Source of the DNA: Kiritimatiellia bacterium
Lineage (GTDB): Bacteria; Verrucomicrobiota; Kiritimatiellia; SLOV01
NCBI GenBank assembly: GCA_007132345.1
Contig: SLOV01000044.1
Coordinates: 1-51,481 of the forward strand
DNA: 51,481 nucleotides
Direction of reading: 5' to 3'
Shown piece by piece: positions 9,550-17,099 of this stretch. The notes under the pieces are model-generated. The model was not told the origin of the DNA. It searched no databases and saw only the letters and a list, made by a program, of their open reading frames with translations. How positions within the stretch are numbered: the stretch's first letter is position 1; the number at the start of each line of letters is the position of its first letter. Both the position numbers and the translations under genes were made by a program.

Positions 9550-9644
9550 GCGCGATACAACGAAAGGTGCCGTTCTCGTTCACCCGCAAGGTCGCAGCGG
9601 GCTTTCTTCCGCACCGGGATGGGCACGCCTGCCTGGACGAGCCA

Positions 9645-10607
9645 TCAACCGCGCGGTCGAAAGGCGGACTCCTCCCGCAACTGTTCGAAGAGCTGCTGCT
9701 CCCGTTCCGAGAGTTGCTGAGGCACAACGATCCGAATGCGCACAAACAAGTCGCCAAATTCGCCACGGCCCTTTGGCAGTCCTTTTCCGCGCAGGCGCAG
9801 GCGCTGTCCACTCTGGCTGCCGGGCGCGAGTTTCAGCGAGGCCGGCCCGCCCAGCGTCTGGACCTCGACCGTGGCGCCGAGCGCGGCCTCCCACGGCGAG
9901 ACGGAGATGGTGGTCTCAAGATCGTGATCGGCCACAACGGAGAAGAGCGGGTGCGGCTGTAACCGGACCATTAGAAAAAGGTCCCCGCCCGGCCCGCCAC
10001 CATGCCCGCTGCCCCCCTGGCCGCTCAGCCGGATCCTGGAGCCTTCCTTGACGCCCGCAGGAATGCGCACCTCGTAGGAGCGCGGGCCTTCGGGCGTCTG
10101 GAGGCGCAAGCTTTTGCGGGCTCCGTGAAAAGCCTCCTCGAGCGTTACCTCGAGTTCGGCCTCCACATCGCCGCCGCGTGCCGGGCGCTGCGCGCGGGCT
10201 CCGGTGCGTGTTCGCGTTCGGAACGAGCGGCCCTGGGTCCTACCGCCGCCAGGGAAGCCATCGGCGAAGCCTTGCCCAAAAAACAGATCGAAAAAGTCGC
10301 TGAACCCTCCAAAGCCTTCCGGGCCCGCACCGCCGGTTTCGAACCGGATACCCTCCCAACCGGGCGGCGGGGTGAAGTCCTGGTTCGCTTTCCAATTGGA
10401 GCCGAGCGCATCGTAGCGGCGTCGCTTTTCTTCGTCGCCGAGCACTTCATAGGCTTCGCTGACCTCCTTGAAGCGGGCTTCCGCGTCCGCGCCTTTGTTG
10501 ACGTCCGGGTGGAATTCGCGGGCCAGTTTCCGGTAGGCCTTCTTAATGGTCGCAGAGTCGGCGTCGCGTTTGACGCCCAGCGTCTTGTAATAGTCGCGAT
10601 ACTTCAT
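9645..10607 (-). CDS. DnaJ-class co-chaperone without zinc finger (CbpA-like)
   Basis: 320 aa with a J domain containing HPD (YYKTLGV...AYRKLAREFHPDVNK), a G/F-rich linker and a DnaJ C-terminal substrate-binding domain. There are no CxxCxGxG repeats. Confidence 0.85.
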   Translation of the reverse strand: MKYRDYYKTLGVKRDADSATIKKAYRKLAREFHPDVNKGADAEARFKEVSEAYEVLGDEEKRRRYDALGSNWKANQDFTPPPGWEGIRFETGGAGPEGFGGFSDFFDLFFGQGFADGFPGGGRTQGRSFRTRTRTGARAQRPARGGDVEAELEVTLEEAFHGARKSLRLQTPEGPRSYEVRIPAGVKEGSRIRLSGQGGSGHGGGPGGDLFLMVRLQPHPLFSVVADHDLETTISVSPWEAALGATVEVQTLGGPASLKLAPGSQSGQRLRLRGKGLPKGRGEFGDLFVRIRIVVPQQLSEREQQLFEQLREESAFRPRG

Positions 10608-10682
10608 GGGGGGTTCCGCGCCACACCCCGGCCCAGGACGAGGCTCCTTGCCGGGCTGCTGGCTTCATCCTCCAGACAGCCT

Positions 10683-10847
10683 TTAGAACAAGGTGTAGAT
10701 GAACGGCGCCACGCTCGAACTGGTGAAGACAAAGAAGGTGAGCAAGAGGAGCACCAGCGCGATCGGGATGATCCACCAGGCCTTGTTGTGCCAGGCAAAC
10801 TGAAAGAACTCTCTTACCAGTCCACCGACATATTTGAGCACACGCAT
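10683..10847 (-). CDS. small membrane protein, DUF5989-like
   Basis: An internal ATG at 10845-10847 gives a 54-aa peptide, MRVLKYVGGLVREFFQFAWHNKAWWIIPIALVLLLLTFFVFTSSSVAPFIYTLF. It has a single TM and the APFIYTLF C-terminus I associate with DUF5989. The upstream part of the 132-aa track ORF looks non-coding. Confidence 0.65.
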   Translation of the reverse strand: MRVLKYVGGLVREFFQFAWHNKAWWIIPIALVLLLLTFFVFTSSSVAPFIYTLF

Positions 10848-10965
10848 GATCCGAAACTCCTTCCGAGAAACTTGAATGAGCGCACTATGTCGCCCCGCTG
10901 CCCCCTCTTTGCAAGACGGAAATGCAACCGGGCCGACGTTGGCAGGGCTGATTCGCGAAGAAGTT

Positions 10966-11790
10966 TCAGGCGGGAATGGGCGGGTTTTCCGTGCACCCCG
11001 GCGGTGGCCGGACAGAGGAATCCCACACTTCGGCCACCCGATCGGGATAGGTCGGACAGACCCGAATGTGGGGATGGCCACTCTCGGCGAGTGCCTCGGA
11101 AATGGTGCGAACGGCCAGGATGGGGCAGTTACAGTCTTCGCTGAGATGCCCGAGGAAGACCTGCTGGAGCGCGGGGCTCGCGATTTCGGCCAGCATTTCG
11201 GCGGCCATCCGGTTGGAGAGATGCCCCTGTCGGCTGCGGATGCGTTGCTTCAAGGCCCACGGCCGCGGGGCTTCCTGCAGCAGGTGCTCGTCATGATTCG
11301 CCTCCACGACAAGGGCATGACACCCCCGCAACCGCTCACGGACCAGGGTCGTCGGGGTGCCGACGTCGAGGGCAATCCCGATTCGCCCCTCTTCGCAGTG
11401 CAGGGTGAACCCGACCGGCTCGTAGGCATCGTGAGGGATCGAAAACGGTTCAATGACAAGGTCCCCGATCGAAAACGGGGCGCCGGTGGTAAACACGCGC
11501 CAGGGCAGGCCTTGCAGACGGGGACGCCGGGAGAGGGCGTCGGCCGTGCCGCCATTCGCATAGACGGGAATCTGGTGGCGCTTGTAAAGAATGCCCACGC
11601 CGCCGGTGTGGTCATCGTGCTCGTGACTCACACAAATGGCGTCGATCGCCTCGATCGAGACCCCGATCTCTTCCAGGCGCCGCACTGTCTGCCGCCCGCT
11701 GATTCCCGCATCCACAAGAATACGGGTCTTCCCGGAAGCTACATAGATGCAGTTCCCGGCACTTCCACTTGCCAGAACACAGATTTTCAT
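10966..11790 (-). CDS. MBL-fold metallo-hydrolase
   Basis: ATG at 11788-11790 gives MKICVLASGSAGNCIYV... with the HxHxDH motif (SHEHDDHTGG). The 84 aa upstream in the track ORF are Arg/Cys-rich and unlikely to be coding. Confidence 0.85.
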   Translation of the reverse strand: MKICVLASGSAGNCIYVASGKTRILVDAGISGRQTVRRLEEIGVSIEAIDAICVSHEHDDHTGGVGILYKRHQIPVYANGGTADALSRRPRLQGLPWRVFTTGAPFSIGDLVIEPFSIPHDAYEPVGFTLHCEEGRIGIALDVGTPTTLVRERLRGCHALVVEANHDEHLLQEAPRPWALKQRIRSRQGHLSNRMAAEMLAEIASPALQQVFLGHLSEDCNCPILAVRTISEALAESGHPHIRVCPTYPDRVAEVWDSSVRPPPGCTENPPIPA

Positions 11791-12001
11791 GCGTCTTTCA
11801 AAAAAAATCGGCCCGCCCGGATTAATTGCTGGCCTACCCGGGCGGAAAATGGTATGAATCTTGCTAACGATCTCTTGTGAGCCGGTCCCGCGGGCGAGGC
11901 GGCGGCGCGGTTCACGCTTCGGGCAATGTACGAAGAAGAGGATGGCGCGGAAGGCCGCGCAACGCGAGGCAAAAGGGGCCCCGTGGGGGCTGTGGGACGT
12001 T

Positions 12002-13444
12002 ATGGCGGAACAATATTTAGCACAAACACAACAGCAACGCATGCAGATGGTGCTGGCTCCCCAGCTCCGTCAATCCCTGGAAATGCTCCAGGTCCCGATC
12101 ATGGAGTTGCAGACGCTGATCCAGCAGGAGATTCAGCAGAATCCCACGCTGGAAGAGCAGATCACCGATGCGAAGGACCGCATCGAAGTCGAACCCATTG
12201 CCGACGAGAAGGAAGACGAGAACCCGCTGAACAATGAATTCTCCGACTTCGAGGAGCAGTTCGAGGCGTTGGCAAAGATCGACGACGAGTGGCGCGAACA
12301 CTTCAGGCAGAGCACGACCAGCTACAGCTCCGACGATGCCGCCCGCCGCCAGTTCTTCATGGATTCCCTCTCGCAGCCGGAATCGTTGCAGGAGCATCTC
12401 CTGAACCAGCTCATGCTCGCGGAATTGCCGGAAGACGAGAAGAACATCGGAGAAATGCTCATCGGCAGCATCAACGAAGATGGCTATCTCACCCTCGACC
12501 TGAACGAGCTGACCGAAACCATGGGCTACGACCATGACCAGGTGGATCATGTGCTTCACCTGATCCGCGAGTTCGATCCCGTCGGGGTCGGGTCGAGCGA
12601 CCTGCGCGATTGCCTGCTCATTCAACTGGAGCGGCTCGGCAAAGGCGAGAGCCTCGCGTTCACCATCGTGGATCAACACCTGCGCGCCCTTGCGGCGCAC
12701 AAATACGCGGAGATCGCGCGCGCCCTGAAAGTCCCGCCAGAAGAGGTGCACCAGGCCGCCAGATTCATCGCCACGCTCGAACCGAAACCGGGCCGATCGT
12801 TCATCAGCTCGGCGCCGACCTACGTCCTGCCCGAGGTGGTGGTGAACAAAGAGAATGGCGCCTACAACATTCAGTTGGATAACGACCAGATCCCCCATCT
12901 CCGCATCAGCCGGCACTACCGCAACCTCATGCAGGACCCCAACACCTCCACGGAGGTGAAGGCCTACATTCGCGACAAGATTCGGGCCGGCGAGTTTCTG
13001 ATCAAGAGTATCGGGCAACGGCAGGACACCATCGGGCGCATTGCCCGCGAGATTGTGGCCGTGCAAACCGAGTTTATGGAGCAAGGCGTTTCGGCCCTGC
13101 GGCCGCTGACGATGGCCGAGATTGCCGATAAGCTCGGCATACACGAGACAACCGTCAGCCGGGCGATCGCCAACAAGTATATTGAAACACCGCGCGGCGT
13201 TTTTGAAATGAAGTACTTCTTCACGCCCGGCTTCAAATCGGCGGACGGGACGGAGGTCTCGAACAAGACCATCAAAGACGCGATCTCCCAATTGGTCGCG
13301 AACGAGGATCCGGCCGCTCCCCTTTCCGATCAGGCCATGGTGGTGCAACTGAAGGAGCGCGGCATCAAAGTCGCCCGGCGAACCATTGCGAAATACCGGG
13401 AGGAGCTGAAGATTCTGCCCTCCCACCTGCGCCGCTCGATGTAA
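12002..13444 (+). CDS. rpoN: RNA polymerase sigma-54 factor
   Basis: ATG at 12002 gives MAEQYLAQTQQQRMQMVLAPQLRQSLEMLQ... (region I). There is an acidic region II, and the C-terminal HTH and RpoN box (ARRTIAKYRE) are present. Confidence 0.93.
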   Translation: MAEQYLAQTQQQRMQMVLAPQLRQSLEMLQVPIMELQTLIQQEIQQNPTLEEQITDAKDRIEVEPIADEKEDENPLNNEFSDFEEQFEALAKIDDEWREHFRQSTTSYSSDDAARRQFFMDSLSQPESLQEHLLNQLMLAELPEDEKNIGEMLIGSINEDGYLTLDLNELTETMGYDHDQVDHVLHLIREFDPVGVGSSDLRDCLLIQLERLGKGESLAFTIVDQHLRALAAHKYAEIARALKVPPEEVHQAARFIATLEPKPGRSFISSAPTYVLPEVVVNKENGAYNIQLDNDQIPHLRISRHYRNLMQDPNTSTEVKAYIRDKIRAGEFLIKSIGQRQDTIGRIAREIVAVQTEFMEQGVSALRPLTMAEIADKLGIHETTVSRAIANKYIETPRGVFEMKYFFTPGFKSADGTEVSNKTIKDAISQLVANEDPAAPLSDQAMVVQLKERGIKVARRTIAKYREELKILPSHLRRSM

Positions 13445-13517
13445 CAACGATCCCGGCGGCGGGCGACCGGCCTTGCCTTCCGCTCGTATCGGAATCGGTG
13501 CGGTCGATGAGGCATGG

Positions 13518-16307
13518 ATGAACCCATCGGTCACAAGCCTGTCTTCGCCCGAGCGGAAGATCGCGCTTTTTATGAAGCTCTTCCGGGGCCGGACCGATGT
13601 CTACGCACAGCGCTTCGAAAGCCGTAGAACCGGCAGGAGCGGGTACAGCCCCGCATGCGCCAACGAGTGGGTTCGAGGGGTCTGCCAGAAGCCCAGAGTG
13701 AAGTGCGCCGAATGCCCGCACCAACAGTTCCTCGCGCTGTCCCCCGAGGTGATCCGACATCACCTCTCCGGCGTCGACGAGCATGGCCAGGCCTTCGTTG
13801 CGGGGCTATACCCCATGCTCCTGGACGAAACCTGCTGGTTCCTCGCCGTCGATTTCGACAAAGCGAGCTGGCGCGAAGACGTCGGCGCCGTCCGGGAGAC
13901 ATGCGCCACGCTCGGCCTCCCATGCGCCATCGAACGTTCGCGGTCCGGCAACGGCGCGCACCTCTGGTTTTTCTTCGAAACGGCCGTTCCCGCCGTCCTC
14001 GCCAGAAAGCTCGGCGCGCACCTGCTCACCCGGACCATGGAGCGCCGTCCCGAGATCGGGCTCGATTCGTACGATCGCTTCTTTCCCAATCAAGACACAC
14101 TGCCGAAAGGCGGCTTCGGGAACCTGATTGCACTGCCGCTGCAAAAGCAGGCAAGGGCCCGCGGAAACAGCGTGTTCGTGGACGACGACCTGGCCCCCTG
14201 GCCGGATCAGTGGGCCTTCCTCTCAAGCGTGGCGCGGCTCGACAAAGCGCGCATCGAAGAAATCGTCAAAAGGGCGGAGCGCGCCGGGCATGTGACTGGC
14301 GTGCGAATGGTCGTGGACGAGGAAGAGGCCGAATCGCCGTGGAAGGCAACGCCGTCGCGACAACCCCGCGTCACGCAGGTGCGGGGTCCGCTGCCGGACC
14401 GGATCGAGGTCGTTCTCGCAAACGAACTATACATTCCCAAGGCAAGCCTCACACCATCCCTGAGAAACCGGCTGCTGCGTCTGGCGGCCTTTCAGAACCC
14501 GGACTTCTACCGGGCACAAGCCATGCGCCTCCCCACGTTTGGCAAACCGCGGATCGTCGCCTGCGCCGAAGAGCATCAAGACCATATCGCCCTGCCCAGG
14601 GGTTGCCTGGACGACCTCACCTCACTCCTCGAATCCCTCGGCATCGACCAATCCGTTCGAGACGAACGCAGCAAAGGAAGACCGCTGGACGTGGAGTTTA
14701 CAGCACAGCTTTATCCGGAACAGATGGCCGCGGCATCCGCGCTGCTGGCACACGACACCGGTGTGTTGGCCGCAACGACCGCGTTTGGCAAGACCGTGCT
14801 GGCGGCATGGCTCATTGCGAAGCGAGGCACAAACACCCTGGTTCTGGTTCATCGCCGTCAACTGCTCGAACAGTGGGTTGAGCGACTCTCCTCTTTCCTC
14901 GGTCTCCCGCACGCCCAGATCGGGCGAATTGGCGGGGGCCGACGAAAGGTCTCCGGGCTGGTCGACGTTGCACTGATTCAGAGCCTCGTTCGGAAAGGCG
15001 TCGTGGACGATCTCGTCGGCGACTACGGACATCTTGTGGTCGACGAGTGTCATCATTTGCCCGCGCCCAGTTTCGAGCAGGTGGCCCGGCGTGCGAAGGC
15101 GAGATATCTCCTCGGTCTTTCGGCCACGGTGCCCCGCAAGGATGGCCACCACCCCATCATCTTCATGCAGTGCGGGCCGGTGCGGTATCGAGTACATGCC
15201 AAACGGCAAGCGGCAGCGCGGCCCTTCGCACACAGTGTATTCGTCAGGCCGACCTCCTTCCGACACGAAGAACAGGAAACCGAGGACGCCCGAACCCGGT
15301 TTCAGGCCTTGTACCGGGCGCTGGCGGCCGACGAAGAACGCAATCGCCAGATCGTCGACGATGCCGTTGCCTCCGTGCGCGAAGGCCGCAAGCCGGTGGT
15401 GCTGACCGAGCGCCGAGAACACCTTGAACGCCTGGCCGCGGATCTCTCGCCGCTGGTGCGACACCTGATTGTTCTGATGGGGGGAATGGGGAAGAAGCCC
15501 CTGGCCGCGGCCATGGAGCAACTCGCCCGGATTCCAGAAGACGAAGATCGTGTGATCCTTGCGACAGGGCGGTTTCTTGGAGAGGGATTCGATGACGCAA
15601 GGCTCGATACGCTGTTCCTGACCATGCCCGTTTCCTGGCGCGGGACCATTGCTCAATATGTCGGCCGGCTGCATCGCAGACACGCGTGCAAGCGCGAGGT
15701 CCGTGTTTACGACTACGCCGACCTGAATGTCCCCATGCTGGCCCGCATGTTCGACCGGCGCTGCAAAGGATACGAGGCCATTGGCTATACCCTTCTCCTG
15801 CCCGCCAGCGCCGTACCGGGCTGGCCGCCGGAAGTTCCGTTGCCTGTCGATCCTGAGTGGAAGCGCGACTACGCAGCCAGTGTGCAGCGCTTAATCCGCG
15901 ACGGCGTCGATCCGCCGCTCGGCAATCTCTTCCTGCACGCCGCCCGAACGTCCTCACCGGTTGCGACCGGCAGCGCCCGCAGTGCATCCGAAGCGTTCCT
16001 GTTCCGACGCCTCGAAACGTTGCCCGCGACCAGAGGCAGATTCCGCATGAACGTGAAGCTGCCGATCCAGTTCGATCAACGCGGGCACATGGAGGTCGAT
16101 TTCCTCTGCCCGCAAGCCCGCCTTGTGATCGAGGTAGACGGACCGCACCATCTTGCCGATGCCGCGGCGTACCGGCGTGATCGCTACAAGGACGCCCTTC
16201 TGCAGGAGCACGGCTACTTCATCTTGCGCTTCCTTGCCGAAGATATCGGGAAGCACCTCAATCGTGTCCTCGACACCATTCTAAGGGCACTCGCGCATCG
16301 AGGCTGA
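13518..16307 (+). CDS. fusion protein: AEP (PrimPol-like) primase domain + SF2 DExH helicase + DUF559/Vsr-like endonuclease domain
   Basis: ATG 13518 is preceded by GAGG (13509-13512); the track ORF starts at TTG 13473. AEP motifs: FLAVDFD (DxD around 13848-13859), SGNGAH (13944-13961) and GGFGNLIALPL. A 4-Cys cluster C-x8-C-x6-C-x2-C is also present. Helicase motifs: I TAFGKT (14778-14795), II DECH (15042-15053), III SAT and VI QYVGRLHR. C-terminus: EVDFLCP...LVIEVDGPHH...ILRF (IEVDG at 16128-16142), typical of DUF559. Confidence 0.9.
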   Translation: MNPSVTSLSSPERKIALFMKLFRGRTDVYAQRFESRRTGRSGYSPACANEWVRGVCQKPRVKCAECPHQQFLALSPEVIRHHLSGVDEHGQAFVAGLYPMLLDETCWFLAVDFDKASWREDVGAVRETCATLGLPCAIERSRSGNGAHLWFFFETAVPAVLARKLGAHLLTRTMERRPEIGLDSYDRFFPNQDTLPKGGFGNLIALPLQKQARARGNSVFVDDDLAPWPDQWAFLSSVARLDKARIEEIVKRAERAGHVTGVRMVVDEEEAESPWKATPSRQPRVTQVRGPLPDRIEVVLANELYIPKASLTPSLRNRLLRLAAFQNPDFYRAQAMRLPTFGKPRIVACAEEHQDHIALPRGCLDDLTSLLESLGIDQSVRDERSKGRPLDVEFTAQLYPEQMAAASALLAHDTGVLAATTAFGKTVLAAWLIAKRGTNTLVLVHRRQLLEQWVERLSSFLGLPHAQIGRIGGGRRKVSGLVDVALIQSLVRKGVVDDLVGDYGHLVVDECHHLPAPSFEQVARRAKARYLLGLSATVPRKDGHHPIIFMQCGPVRYRVHAKRQAAARPFAHSVFVRPTSFRHEEQETEDARTRFQALYRALAADEERNRQIVDDAVASVREGRKPVVLTERREHLERLAADLSPLVRHLIVLMGGMGKKPLAAAMEQLARIPEDEDRVILATGRFLGEGFDDARLDTLFLTMPVSWRGTIAQYVGRLHRRHACKREVRVYDYADLNVPMLARMFDRRCKGYEAIGYTLLLPASAVPGWPPEVPLPVDPEWKRDYAASVQRLIRDGVDPPLGNLFLHAARTSSPVATGSARSASEAFLFRRLETLPATRGRFRMNVKLPIQFDQRGHMEVDFLCPQARLVIEVDGPHHLADAAAYRRDRYKDALLQEHGYFILRFLAEDIGKHLNRVLDTILRALAHRG

Positions 16308-16338
16308 ATCGCGACACTTCGTACTTGGCGGGAAAGTC

Positions 16339-16358
16339 CTGGCAGCCCTTCAGGTTGC
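16339..16358. repeat. REP-like hairpin, family CTGGCAGCC-cttca-GG(C/T)TGC
   Basis: The hairpin lies 32 nt after the stop of the primase-helicase gene. Near-identical copies occur at 41575-41594 and 41679-41698. Confidence 0.6.
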
Positions 16359-16424
16359 GGCCCACCTCGAAGGCAAAGGCCGCCGATTCTTGACGATTCG
16401 GTTAGGCACCCCTACCATTCTGCT

Positions 16425-16664
16425 ATGAATGTAACCTTGCCTGCACACCTAGAAGGCCGTCTCTCTCCGGAATCGGCAGCGCTTCATTTGGCCCTTGGCC
16501 TCTTTGTGGCAGAGGAAGCCACTCTGGGACAGGCAGCCGAAGTCGCAGGGCTTTCACAAGGCGCTTTCCTGCGCGAGCTCGGCCAGCGTAAGATCCCATT
16601 GCATTACGGTACCAAAGAACTAACTCAGGATTTGCAAGCAGTTGAAGAACTCTCCAGGCGATGA
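16425..16664 (+). CDS. UPF0175-family antitoxin-like protein
   Basis: 79 aa containing LALGLFVAEEATLGQAAEVAGLSQGAFLRELGQRKIPLHYG, the pattern of UPF0175 partners of DUF3368 PIN-like toxins. ATGA overlaps the next gene. Confidence 0.75.
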   Translation: MNVTLPAHLEGRLSPESAALHLALGLFVAEEATLGQAAEVAGLSQGAFLRELGQRKIPLHYGTKELTQDLQAVEELSRR

Positions 16665-16930
16665 TTGTCGTTTCGGACACCTCTCCCATATCAGCCCTGC
16701 TCACCGTGGGGGCCGAACAGATCCTTATTCAACTCGACGAACGTAAGGGCCGCATGCTTGCCATGCAGGAAGGGGTTCCGGTGATCGGGTTGCTCGGCGT
16801 TGTACTGCTCGCACGCCGTAAGGGGTTGATCCCATCCGCCCGCGACTTACTACATCGCCTTGCGGACGAGGCTGGCGCATATCTTGCCACAGACTTGGTA
16901 GAATCTGCGCTCAAGACTGTCGGCGAGTAG
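16661..16930 (+). CDS. DUF3368 (PIN-like) toxin homologue, apparently internally shortened
   Basis: The 89-aa product has the family N-terminus (MIVVSDTSPISALLTVG) joined almost directly to the family C-terminal part (LDERKGRMLA...GLLGVVLLARRKGLI...). Full-length members, as I remember them, are about 150 aa. Confidence 0.6.
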   Translation: MIVVSDTSPISALLTVGAEQILIQLDERKGRMLAMQEGVPVIGLLGVVLLARRKGLIPSARDLLHRLADEAGAYLATDLVESALKTVGE

Positions 16931-16996
16931 ACTCTTGTAGAATGCGAAGTCCGCCGCAAGCCTGCAAAGACCTTTCCATTCCACCCCACTCTGCCC

Positions 16997-17091
16997 TTGA
17001 CGCTCAGGCCTTTGGTTGGCATGATTTCTGAGTTGCTTCTTTGGGGGGGGGCGCCTGATCTGCGACGTCCCTTCCTTGGTTTTTTTGGGGG
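16997..17091 (+). promoter_or_regulatory. putative promoter/leader with homopolymer tracts upstream of the 17100 gene
   Basis: TTGACG (16997-17002), a 17-nt spacer, then CATGAT (17020-17025). G9 lies at 17043-17051. T7 (17080-17086) abuts G5 (17087-17091), which is the SD-like element 8 nt before ATG 17100. Confidence 0.25.
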
Positions 17092-17099
17092 AATAGACC

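Noticed and set aside
9432-9644. Looked for a Moco riboswitch in the moaA leader.
   Set aside because: The minus-strand leader lacks the conserved elements I remember from the E. coli moaA Moco motif (GCCUCC... and GGAAAGG). The region is instead occupied by a direct repeat. A covariance-model scan would be needed to be sure.
12017-13534. The 505-aa minus-strand ORF opposite rpoN.
   Set aside because: It is the antisense shadow of rpoN, with no motifs and a biased composition.
13655-15987. Several long alternate-frame or antisense ORFs inside the primase-helicase gene (13655-14881 +, 14622-15683 -, 15244-15987 -).
   Set aside because: They are Arg/Pro/Gly-rich translations lacking motifs. 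The in-frame 13518-16307 product carries a full ordered set of AEP, helicase and nuclease motifs.
16339-16358. Sigma-54 promoter-like TGGCA...TTGC strings here, at 17017-17036 and at 28223.
   Set aside because: The GG-to-GC spacing is 4-5 nt too long, or the -12 TTGC element is missing. The TGGCAG strings are part of the REP-like hairpins.
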